NCBI GenBank assembly: GCA_902593795.1
Contig: CACJJR010000003.1
Location: 89,837 to 153,836 of the forward strand
Length of the DNA: 64,000 nucleotides
Direction: 5' to 3'
DNA from: an uncultured Candidatus Actinomarina sp.
Lineage (GTDB): Bacteria > Actinomycetota > Acidimicrobiia > Actinomarinales > Actinomarinaceae
The notes beneath the pieces are model-generated. The model worked only from the letters and a program-made list of their open reading frames with translations. It searched no databases and was not told the origin of the DNA. Every line of letters begins with the position of its first letter. The first letter of the stretch is position 1. The translations under genes and the position numbers were made by a program. This document shows positions 11,304 through 18,808 of the stretch, one piece after another.

Positions 11304-11736
11304 AGATATATACATTATCAACGGTCCAAATCTTAATTTTTTAGGCATAAGAGAAATTACCCAATATGGATCAACAAGCTATGATGAGTTAAAAAATTTA
11401 ATAAATTCTGAAGCAAAGAAGTTAAAAATCAAAACTGTTTTTTTTCAATCAAATATTGAAGGTGAAATTGTTGATTATATACAAAACCTAATTAATAATG
11501 AAAATTCATCGGTTGTGATCAATCCTGGAGCATACACACATACAAGTATTGCAATAAGGGACGCTTTGCAGACTTATTCACAAAACAACGATATAGTTGA
11601 AGTTCATATTTCAGATATAAATCAAAGAGAACAATTTAGAAAAACAAATTTAATTTCTGATATTAGTACTAAATCAATTATTGGAAAAGGTGTGCAGGGA
11701 TACATTGAAGCACTGGAGTACATTAATGAACAATAA
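11299..11736 (+). CDS. aroQ: 3-dehydroquinate dehydratase, type II (apparent ATT start)
   Basis: The frame is open from 11293. It encodes (M)KDIYIINGPNLNFLGIREITQYG...QSNIEGEIVDYI...VINPGAYTHTSIAIRDAL...VEVHISDINQREQFR, a full-length type II DHQase of about 145 aa. There is no ATG/GTG/TTG before the conserved N-terminus. A GAGGTGA SD (11286-11292) lies 6 nt before ATT 11299. The track ORF at 11515 is only the C-terminal half. Confidence 0.85.
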   Translation: MKDIYIINGPNLNFLGIREITQYGSTSYDELKNLINSEAKKLKIKTVFFQSNIEGEIVDYIQNLINNENSSVVINPGAYTHTSIAIRDALQTYSQNNDIVEVHISDINQREQFRKTNLISDISTKSIIGKGVQGYIEALEYINEQ

Positions 11737-12547
11737 ACAAACAATTGCTTATCAAGGTTCGTCTGGCTCATATTCAGAGGAACTTTTAAAAAAGGAATAC
11801 TCGGATTATCTGTATCATCCGACTGAGACATTTACTGAGTTAATATCTTATGTAAAATCTGATTCTGGCATTGGATTGCTGCCTGTTGAAAATTCAATCG
11901 CAGGTACTGTGAATGAAGCATATGAAGAACTTATAGACAGTGGTCTGAAAATATTTGCAGAATATGTGCATAGAATTAATCACAGTTTAATAGGCCTAGT
12001 AGGTTCAGATATAGCAAATATTACAAATGTTATTTCCCACCCACAGGCATTACAGCAATGCAGCAAGTTTATACAGAAGCATAAATTTAGAATTACTCCA
12101 GTCTTTGATACTGCGGGAAGTGTATTTGAAATTTTAGAAGAAAATGAATTAACTACTGCTGCAATTGCTGGAGAACATTTTGAAAGCGATGAAAGATTCT
12201 TGATTTTAGAAAAAAATATATCAAATCATGAAGAAAACTATACAAGATTCCTTCTTATTGGAAATATAGATTTTGATCAGAAACAAGTTAAAAATAAGGT
12301 TTCATCAGTGCTCATATCTGATGATAAGCCAGGTTCGCTATTACAGTCTTTGAATATTTTTAGTGATTTGGATATTAACCTTACAAAACTTGAATCGCGA
12401 CCAATACTGGGAAGACCCTGGGAGTATAAATTTTATATTGATTATGAATTAGAAAACTTGGAAAAACAATCTGAGCTTGAGGAAAAAATAAGCAAAGTTT
12501 CTAAAGAATTTAAGTTATTAGGACATTATCCAAAAGCTATTCAGTAA
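11726..12547 (+). CDS. pheA: prephenate dehydratase (PDT + ACT domains)
   Basis: Motifs IAYQGSSGSYSE and NYTRFLLIG, with an ACT domain (DKPGSLLQSLNIFSDLDINLTKLESRP). ATG 11726 is preferred over the track start at 11681. Confidence 0.9.
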   Translation: MNNKQTIAYQGSSGSYSEELLKKEYSDYLYHPTETFTELISYVKSDSGIGLLPVENSIAGTVNEAYEELIDSGLKIFAEYVHRINHSLIGLVGSDIANITNVISHPQALQQCSKFIQKHKFRITPVFDTAGSVFEILEENELTTAAIAGEHFESDERFLILEKNISNHEENYTRFLLIGNIDFDQKQVKNKVSSVLISDDKPGSLLQSLNIFSDLDINLTKLESRPILGRPWEYKFYIDYELENLEKQSELEEKISKVSKEFKLLGHYPKAIQ

Positions 12548-13646
12548 CTTTCCACTGAATGCCTTGTTCAGAATCTTCTATTTGCAAACCAGAAGATTCT
12601 AATATATCCCTAACTTCATCAGAAAGTTCATAATTTTTTTCATTTCTCAACTTTGATCTTAGTAATATTAGTTTTTCAACTAACATTTCAAAACGCTCGA
12701 TATTTTTCTTACTAGACTCTATTTGAATTTCTAAATTAGCAATTTCTTTTAAAGTGGATTTATCTGCAGAATTTATCTCAGTTTCAATACTATCTATTTT
12801 TTTGACAGAGCTTTTTTTGTCAGAAATCAATAGCTTTTGTAATGTATTCAATTTTTCTTCAGAATCTTTTTCAAAGATATGAGTTCCTTCTTTGTTCAAA
12901 ACAGTTACATTGCCTAATCCAACAACTTTAAATGTTTCATTTTTCCCAGAAATTATTAGTGCGGTATGCTCATCGATACCAAGAATGTTTGAATAAGACT
13001 TATTTAAAAGAGTTTTCATTCTATTTTCACCAACATAACTAAAGCTTGTATCATGATTTCCACCTTCTGCGTTATTAAAATGAGGAACTACAGTACAAGA
13101 CAGACCATAAACATCTAAAATATTCATACCCTTTTCCCAATAAGGGTCTTGACCTACTTTATAAATTTCGTAAACAGGCAAGGTATGCTCTCCGAGAGTT
13201 GAGGCTGCTGCACTTGCAAATAAGCTATTACCACCCTTTACTAGATGATTTTTTAAAGTTTGTTCAAATTCATTACCATGCCATAACTTGCTAGCATAAC
13301 TAGGACTTCCTGGTCCAGCAAAAATAAATGATGCATTTTCTAATAATTGAATTGATTTGAAGAATGATTTTGTATTTAATTCTTCAATTTTTCGGTAACT
13401 AGCTAGTTTCATCTCAACATTTAAACTTACTTTGTAAAACTCTATTATTTTTTCAACTAACTGGTTAGCATTTTCTTGGAATCCAAATGGAGTATCAATC
13501 ATGTATGCATCAGAAGAATTATCTAAAATCTCAAGTAGTTCTCTATGAACGCTTACTAAGTTTGGGCTTGTTTCACCAGATCCTAAAATTGCTATTGATC
13601 CTAAAGCGTTTTTCATGAATCTATTATATATTTTTTCTGTACACAT
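12537..13646 (-). CDS. peptidase S51/class-I glutamine-amidotransferase-like domain fused to a CysRS C-terminal-like domain; function unknown
   Basis: 369 aa. The N-terminal ~260 aa resemble the cyanophycinase/peptidase E-like fold (AILGSGETS, FIFAGPGSPSY, LFASAAAS). A coiled-coil linker follows. The C-terminus LLRSKLRNEKNYELSDEVRDILESSGLQIEDSEQGIQWKV matches the conserved C-terminal tail of cysteinyl-tRNA synthetases. An alternative start is Met11 (13616). Confidence 0.6.
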   Translation of the reverse strand: MCTEKIYNRFMKNALGSIAILGSGETSPNLVSVHRELLEILDNSSDAYMIDTPFGFQENANQLVEKIIEFYKVSLNVEMKLASYRKIEELNTKSFFKSIQLLENASFIFAGPGSPSYASKLWHGNEFEQTLKNHLVKGGNSLFASAAASTLGEHTLPVYEIYKVGQDPYWEKGMNILDVYGLSCTVVPHFNNAEGGNHDTSFSYVGENRMKTLLNKSYSNILGIDEHTALIISGKNETFKVVGLGNVTVLNKEGTHIFEKDSEEKLNTLQKLLISDKKSSVKKIDSIETEINSADKSTLKEIANLEIQIESSKKNIERFEMLVEKLILLRSKLRNEKNYELSDEVRDILESSGLQIEDSEQGIQWKVTE

Positions 13647-13652
13647 CTAAAG

Positions 13653-14666
13653 GTGTATAATTTAAACATGGGAAGTTTATTAGCTTTAATTCTTGAAAAA
13701 TTTACAATTGAGATTATTCCAAAACTCCCGTTGTTTATTAGAACAAAACTATACGTAAACATATTAAAATTAAGAAAAGTTCGTGACAGGATTAGGCTAG
13801 ATGCAACACGAAAGAATCCAACTTTCCAAGATCGGCTAGAGTACGCAATAGATTCAAGGGCAAACTTAAATGCTTCGGGTGAAAAAATATTATCTTTTAA
13901 TGAAAATGTGCAAATTGAAGAAATTCAAAATGGTCCTGTAAAAATTTTTAAATTTACACCTAAAAATGCTGATGTTAGTAAATATGGTATTTATTTTCAT
14001 GGTGGAGGCTATTTTGCAGGAAGTATTAAGTCACATAAAAACTTTGTATCGATAATTTCTCAGGACTCTAATTTAGTAATTTATTTTTTTGAATATCGTC
14101 TTAGTCCAGAACATATTTTTCCTGCTGCGCATGAAGATGCGAAACTAGCTGTAGAATATATTGACAGTCTTCACAAAGGTGAGCAGTCAATCTGGATGGG
14201 AGAGTCAGCTGGGGGAGGCTTAGCCACGGGTCTTGTAGTTGATAAAGAATTTAACATTAGACCTGATAACCTGATACTTCTTTCCCCTTGGCTAGATTTA
14301 TCTGATGGATTTCAAGACAAAAAGTATCTTAAGAACAGTGACGTAACAATTATTATTGAAGGAATGTATGAAGTTGGAGAGTTTTATGCGGGTGATTATG
14401 GTCCCACTAATCCGATACTATCACCTGTTTATGCTGATATAGACGACTTTCCAGATACTTTAATTCAAGTTTGTACAGATGAATTACTTTATAATGATGC
14501 GATTGAATTCGTAAAAAAATTACGAGACAAAAATACAAATGTAGTACTTCAAACATGGGATAAGCTCTGGCACGCATGGCACTTTTTTCCCATTAAAGAA
14601 TCATTTGAAGCAGTTGATAAAATATCTGACTATATTAAATCTTCAGAGTTTCAATCCTCAAGATGA
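13653..14666 (+). CDS. alpha/beta-hydrolase fold-3 esterase/lipase (HSL family)
   Basis: 337 aa with the oxyanion HGGGY motif and the GESAGG nucleophile elbow. The start is either GTG 13653 or ATG 13668. Confidence 0.8.
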   Translation: MYNLNMGSLLALILEKFTIEIIPKLPLFIRTKLYVNILKLRKVRDRIRLDATRKNPTFQDRLEYAIDSRANLNASGEKILSFNENVQIEEIQNGPVKIFKFTPKNADVSKYGIYFHGGGYFAGSIKSHKNFVSIISQDSNLVIYFFEYRLSPEHIFPAAHEDAKLAVEYIDSLHKGEQSIWMGESAGGGLATGLVVDKEFNIRPDNLILLSPWLDLSDGFQDKKYLKNSDVTIIIEGMYEVGEFYAGDYGPTNPILSPVYADIDDFPDTLIQVCTDELLYNDAIEFVKKLRDKNTNVVLQTWDKLWHAWHFFPIKESFEAVDKISDYIKSSEFQSSR

Positions 14667-15397
14667 TGTAGAGCAAATCCGAAAGGCAATTCAAGCCTAT
14701 TTTCAGACATTATTTTTTCGTTCTTTAGTATTTTATAAGTATTATCGTTTGCAGTAATTTTTCCATTATTTAAAATTACACTTCTACTGCATATTTCTAG
14801 TGCCATGGGTAGATCATGTGTAACAAGAATTATTGATACATCAAGGTTTTTTAGTATATCTATTAGTTCTCTTCTGGAAGCAGGATCTAAATTTGAACTT
14901 GGCTCATCTAAAACTAACAATTCAGGCTCTGAAGCCAGAACACTTGCTATTGCTACTTTCCTTTTTTGACCAAAGCTCAAATGATGTGGCGGTTTATCAA
15001 TAAAGTCAAGCATTTTTACTTGTTTAAGGGCCTCAATTGAGTTTTCCTCAACTTGTTTTTCACTAAATCCAAAATTTTTTGGGCCGAACATTACATCCTC
15101 TAATACAGTTGGCATAAAAAGTTGATCATCAGGATCTTGAAAAACTAAACCCACAGATTTTCTTATTTTTGAAATATTTTCCTCAGAATATGAAATATCA
15201 TTTAATTTAATTTCACCCTTTAATTCACCATGAATACCATTTAGGTGAAGAATTAAAGTAGTCTTACCAGCCCCATTAGGACCCAAAACTGCAAGCCTTT
15301 CACCTTTTGACAAATTTAAATTTACATTTTCTAGTGCTTTATAGCCATCTGGATATTCAAAGTTTAGATTATTTACACTAAGGTACCCCCCATTCAT
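14651..15397 (-). CDS. cbiO: ECF/cobalt-type ABC transporter ATP-binding protein (CbiO/EcfA-like)
   Basis: 248 aa with Walker A GPNGAGKTT, signature LSFGQKRKV and Walker B LLVLDEPSS. It overlaps cbiQ by 4 nt. Confidence 0.85.
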   Translation of the reverse strand: MNGGYLSVNNLNFEYPDGYKALENVNLNLSKGERLAVLGPNGAGKTTLILHLNGIHGELKGEIKLNDISYSEENISKIRKSVGLVFQDPDDQLFMPTVLEDVMFGPKNFGFSEKQVEENSIEALKQVKMLDFIDKPPHHLSFGQKRKVAIASVLASEPELLVLDEPSSNLDPASRRELIDILKNLDVSIILVTHDLPMALEICSRSVILNNGKITANDNTYKILKNEKIMSENRLELPFGFALHHLED

Positions 15398-16158
15398 AAG
15401 GCGAACCTATCTATGATACAAATTGAAACTGAAACTAAAGCAATTAGTATAATTGCATTTGAAGAATTGAACTGTCGCGACTTAAGCTCTAGTGTTCCTT
15501 TAAATCCTCTAGATATCATGGAATTGTATACTCTTTCTCCTCTTTCATATCCTCTTATTAATAATGCACCAGAAGCAAATGCTAGTGGTTTTAGTGTCCG
15601 TATACCTTTTTCAGCATAACCTCGTGAACGCATAGAGACTTTTACTCTTTTCACTTCGTCAATAAAAACATCAATGTATCTGATCGCAAAAGAGAATATA
15701 GAAATTATTAAAGGAGAAATCTTTAGTTTCTGTAAGCCATATATTATTTCGACATTAGAAGTTGTAGCAGTAAGAATAATTGCCAATGTGACGCAAAGAG
15801 TTATCTTTACCAAAATTGAAGTCATTTCATTGAAACCTGTCTTATAAATATTTAAATTAAAAAAACTTGATAATACTTCTCCGTCTCCTTTACTGACAAA
15901 AGGCAAGAATAAAGCGAATAATATAAAAGGAATATCAATAGAAAGTCTTTTTAAGTAAGTCTTAAATTGTAGTTTTGAAATAATTAACAAACCCAAGACT
16001 ATAAGAGCCTGTAAATAGATTGTGGATTTGTTTTCTAAACTTAAAAATGCAATAGATAAAATGATGCCAAAAAAGGAAAGTATCTTTATCTCTGGCTTTA
16101 TTTTTACTAAATATGAGTCACTATGCGTTTCTAAATGGTGTGAGTGAGAAGTTTCCAT
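15394..16158 (-). CDS. cbiQ: ECF transporter transmembrane (T) component, CbiQ family
   Basis: 254-aa multi-TM protein with the conserved cytoplasmic Arg-rich loop (VSMRSRGY). The N-terminus is His-rich (METSHSHHLETHSD). Confidence 0.75.
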   Translation of the reverse strand: METSHSHHLETHSDSYLVKIKPEIKILSFFGIILSIAFLSLENKSTIYLQALIVLGLLIISKLQFKTYLKRLSIDIPFILFALFLPFVSKGDGEVLSSFFNLNIYKTGFNEMTSILVKITLCVTLAIILTATTSNVEIIYGLQKLKISPLIISIFSFAIRYIDVFIDEVKRVKVSMRSRGYAEKGIRTLKPLAFASGALLIRGYERGERVYNSMISRGFKGTLELKSRQFNSSNAIILIALVSVSICIIDRFAL

Positions 16159-16173
16159 ATTTGTATATCTTAA

Positions 16174-16188
16174 TGCAAATAATTTGCA
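16174..16188. promoter_or_regulatory. perfect 7-1-7 palindrome TGCAAAT-A-ATTTGCA, candidate Fur-family operator
   Basis: It lies in the 42-nt spacer between the Fur-family gene stop (16201) and the cbiQ start (16158). The geometry matches actinobacterial Zur/Nur-type boxes. Confidence 0.4.
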
Positions 16189-16200
16189 ATAAAAGATATA

Positions 16201-16614
16201 TTAGCATTTTTTGCATAAACCGGTGTACACGAAGTGGTTCGTTATTTCTTTAAAATCCGTCTTGTTTTTAATAAGTTTGTTTACTTTTTTAGAAGTTGCT
16301 TGGTCAAGGTCAGCGATATCATCACATGATTCACAAACTATGTGAATATTTGAATAGGCTTCTTTTAAAAAATACAACCCTGAACCATGAGCTTGATGGG
16401 AATGTTCAATTAAATTTATGTTTTCTAAAAGCTCAAGCGTTCTATATACAGTCGCTAAGTCAATGCTCTTATCTTTTTTTAATGCAAGTTTATGAAGTTC
16501 TTCTACTGTAAAATGTTCATGCCCAGAGGTTTCAAGAATTTTGCAAACCACTTCTCTGGCATTAGTAATTCTGTTGCCTCTTTTCCGCAATTCATTAACG
16601 AAATCCATAATCAA
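16201..16614 (-). CDS. Fur-family metalloregulator (Zur/Nur/PerR subtype undetermined)
   Basis: 137 aa with an N-terminal winged helix, a His cluster (EHSHQAHG) and two CxxC pairs (CESC, CKKC). Confidence 0.85.
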   Translation of the reverse strand: MIMDFVNELRKRGNRITNAREVVCKILETSGHEHFTVEELHKLALKKDKSIDLATVYRTLELLENINLIEHSHQAHGSGLYFLKEAYSNIHIVCESCDDIADLDQATSKKVNKLIKNKTDFKEITNHFVYTGLCKKC

Positions 16615-16642
16615 GTATATTATATGATTGAAAGGCTGAATT

Positions 16643-17116
16643 ATGAAAAAAAAGTTTCTTAGAATACTAAATCTCTACAGCCTTCTTTATCTTCCAATTG
16701 GCTGGGTTGTTGGTTTAGCAATCATATTTATTGCTTATGAGCCCATAACAGTTCTTTATTTTCTAAGTGTTTTTGTATTGGGATTATTTGGATTTCTGAT
16801 TCTTTACACATCTAATAGAAAGATGGTTGATGACTCATATATTATTTCAGATTATCCATTTTCAATTATTGAATATTATTCTGATTACTGACTAGGTTGT
16901 ACAGCTTCAAAATTCATAGTTGATGAATTTAAAAAGAACAATCCAGATATTTACTTTGTTTCAATTAACGCAAGTAAGCAAAAAGATCATGAGTTTATTA
17001 ATAAATATAAATTAAACAATACTCCAACTTATGTTTTGATAAACCATACTGGAGAAAAGATTGGAAGAAGAGTAGGAACATTCTATCCTAAATATTTTGA
17101 GGAAAAAATAAGTTAG
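16643..17116 (+). CDS. membrane-anchored thioredoxin-fold protein with in-frame TGA (16889-16891) at the first Cys position of CxxC; candidate selenoprotein (alternative: fresh pseudogene)
   Basis: The track ORF 16643-16891 (two TM helices, then ...FSIIEYYSDY) is followed in the same frame by 74 stop-free codons: LGCTASKFIVDEFKKNNPDIYFVSINASKQKDHEFINKYKLNNTPTYVLINHTGEKIGRRVGTFYPKYFEEKIS. Together these are collinear with thioredoxin. Y-[TGA]-L-G-C-T aligns with W-C-G-P-C-K, and a cis-Pro motif (TPT) is present. A hairpin follows at 16910-16930. Confidence 0.55.
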
Positions 17117-17448
17117 GAAATCTTGTCGCCTACTTCCGCCTCATCTGAAGGCTTCAGTAATAACACATCACCATTTTCTGAGATTGAGCCTAACACCAAA
17201 CACTCACTGATAAATGGCCCAATTTGTTTATCTCCAAGATTTACTACAGCAATACACAACCGATTGAATAAATCTTTAATTTCATAGTTTGTTATTTGAG
17301 CACTAGTTTTTTTTATGCCTACATTAATTCCAAAATCTATTTCCAGCTTATAAGCAGGCTTAATAGCTTCTTCAAACTTTTCAGCTGTTAATATTTTTCC
17401 TACTCTGATGTCGAGTTCAAAAAAATTAGTTGATTTATCACTTTCCAT
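17113..17448 (-). CDS. csaA: tRNA-binding domain protein (CsaA/EMAP OB-fold)
   Basis: 111 aa with LDIRVGKILTAE, YKLEIDFG and CIAVVNLG motifs typical of CsaA/YgjH. Confidence 0.8.
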   Translation of the reverse strand: MESDKSTNFFELDIRVGKILTAEKFEEAIKPAYKLEIDFGINVGIKKTSAQITNYEIKDLFNRLCIAVVNLGDKQIGPFISECLVLGSISENGDVLLLKPSDEAEVGDKIS

Positions 17449-17476
17449 ATAACAAACATAATTACATAATTATTTC

Positions 17477-18022
17477 ATGTCAAAATTATTAATTCTCAGT
17501 GCAGGAGTTAGTAAAGAATCAAATAATACTAAATTAGCAAAAAAATTAAATGATTTTCTTAATGAGCAAAACATTTCTTGTGAGATTCATGAAAATCTTT
17601 ATGAAAATATTCCATTTTTATTAGACAATCAGGACGAAGTGCCAAAAAAAATAATAGATATGAGAAAATCGTTAGAAAATTCAAATAAGATACTTATTTT
17701 TAGTCCAGTTTACAATGGAGGATTTCTTGCTCACTTGAAGAATACTTTAGACTGGCTTTCGCTTGCCTATGAAGATAATCGATATAATTTTCTGTTTAAG
17801 GAAAAGACAGTTGGGGTTGTTACATCGGTAAAAGGTGCTGGTGGGAATGCAGAGAAAGCTTTTAATATTTTAAGTTCTCAGTTGTTAAACTATGGTCTTA
17901 ATGTATTCAATGAGTTTCATTTAATAACTAAAAAAGACCATCAAGATGAGGTTGCAATTGAAGAAAATGTGAAGGTCTTTGAAGATATAAAAAAATTTGT
18001 ATTTAAATTTTTAGATTTTTAA
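17477..18022 (+). CDS. NAD(P)H-dependent FMN reductase-like flavodoxin-fold protein
   Basis: 181 aa with LILSAGVSKESNN and ILIFSPVYNGGFLAHLKNTLDWLS, typical of the NADPH-FMN reductase family. Confidence 0.7.
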   Translation: MSKLLILSAGVSKESNNTKLAKKLNDFLNEQNISCEIHENLYENIPFLLDNQDEVPKKIIDMRKSLENSNKILIFSPVYNGGFLAHLKNTLDWLSLAYEDNRYNFLFKEKTVGVVTSVKGAGGNAEKAFNILSSQLLNYGLNVFNEFHLITKKDHQDEVAIEENVKVFEDIKKFVFKFLDF

Positions 18023-18739
18023 TTTATCTTCAATTAAATTGTAAATATTTGAAGTTAATTCTTCCACGGTGTAATCTGTTGTGTTATTTATAGGATCCAT
18101 TATTTCTATGATTATTTCTCCACTTCTAAGCCAAACTTCACCTTTTGTCATTAGATTATGTGCATTATGTGTAACAACTGGAATGATTGGTAGATCAAAG
18201 TCTTTTGAAATATAGGCTGCTCCTTTTTTAAAGGGTAAAAGTTCTTTTTGATTACTTCGTTTTCCCTCAGGGAAAATCATTATTGAATTTTTATTTTGAA
18301 TTACTTTTAAGATTGAATCATTAATTTTTTCAAAATTAGCACTTGCATTTTTTCTGTCTATTCGAGGAAGTCCTAAAACTTTTAATACACGTCCAAAGAT
18401 TGGAATTCTAAAAAGCTCAGTTTTTGTGAGAAATCTAATTGATACCGGTAGTGCAGTGATATGTGTAAAAATATCTAATGTAGAAGGATGATTTGAAACT
18501 ACTACATAACTTTTATTTAAATCAATTTTTTCCACCCCCTCAACTTTGAGCTTTATTCCAACAAACTTCAAACCAATCCATCCAAAAAATTCATATATTT
18601 TTGTAGCCATTAGTTTTCCATACGGCAAAAATGAAACGAAAATTATTGAAAGCAAAATTGGTGAAAAAATAAACACCATAAAAACTGGAAAAAGAAATAA
18701 AGTTTTTATAAATATTTTAAAAGTAATTTTACTTTGCAT
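18011..18739 (-). CDS. plsC: 1-acyl-sn-glycerol-3-phosphate acyltransferase
   Basis: 242 aa with an N-terminal TM helix, the HxxxxD motif (NHPSTLD) and an FPEGKRS motif. Confidence 0.85.
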   Translation of the reverse strand: MQSKITFKIFIKTLFLFPVFMVFIFSPILLSIIFVSFLPYGKLMATKIYEFFGWIGLKFVGIKLKVEGVEKIDLNKSYVVVSNHPSTLDIFTHITALPVSIRFLTKTELFRIPIFGRVLKVLGLPRIDRKNASANFEKINDSILKVIQNKNSIMIFPEGKRSNQKELLPFKKGAAYISKDFDLPIIPVVTHNAHNLMTKGEVWLRSGEIIIEIMDPINNTTDYTVEELTSNIYNLIEDKLKI

Positions 18740-18808
18740 ACTTTTATTTTAAGAAAAGATTTGGATTGTTTTTATATAAATTTAATAAATATCATTAAAA
18801 TTGAGCTT

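Noticed and set aside
11515-11736. GTG-initiated 73-aa ORF offered by the track for the aroQ region.
   Set aside because: It is only the C-terminal half of type II dehydroquinase. The conserved N-terminal NGPNLN...QSNIEGE region continues in the same frame back to 11299.
16889-16891. Possibility that TGA is reassigned in this organism (code 4 Trp or code 25 Gly).
   Set aside because: TGA terminates several well-defined genes at positions that agree with homologue lengths and overlapping starts: rimI 1180-1182, sucD 26200-26202, livF 36431-36433 and livH 39954-39956.
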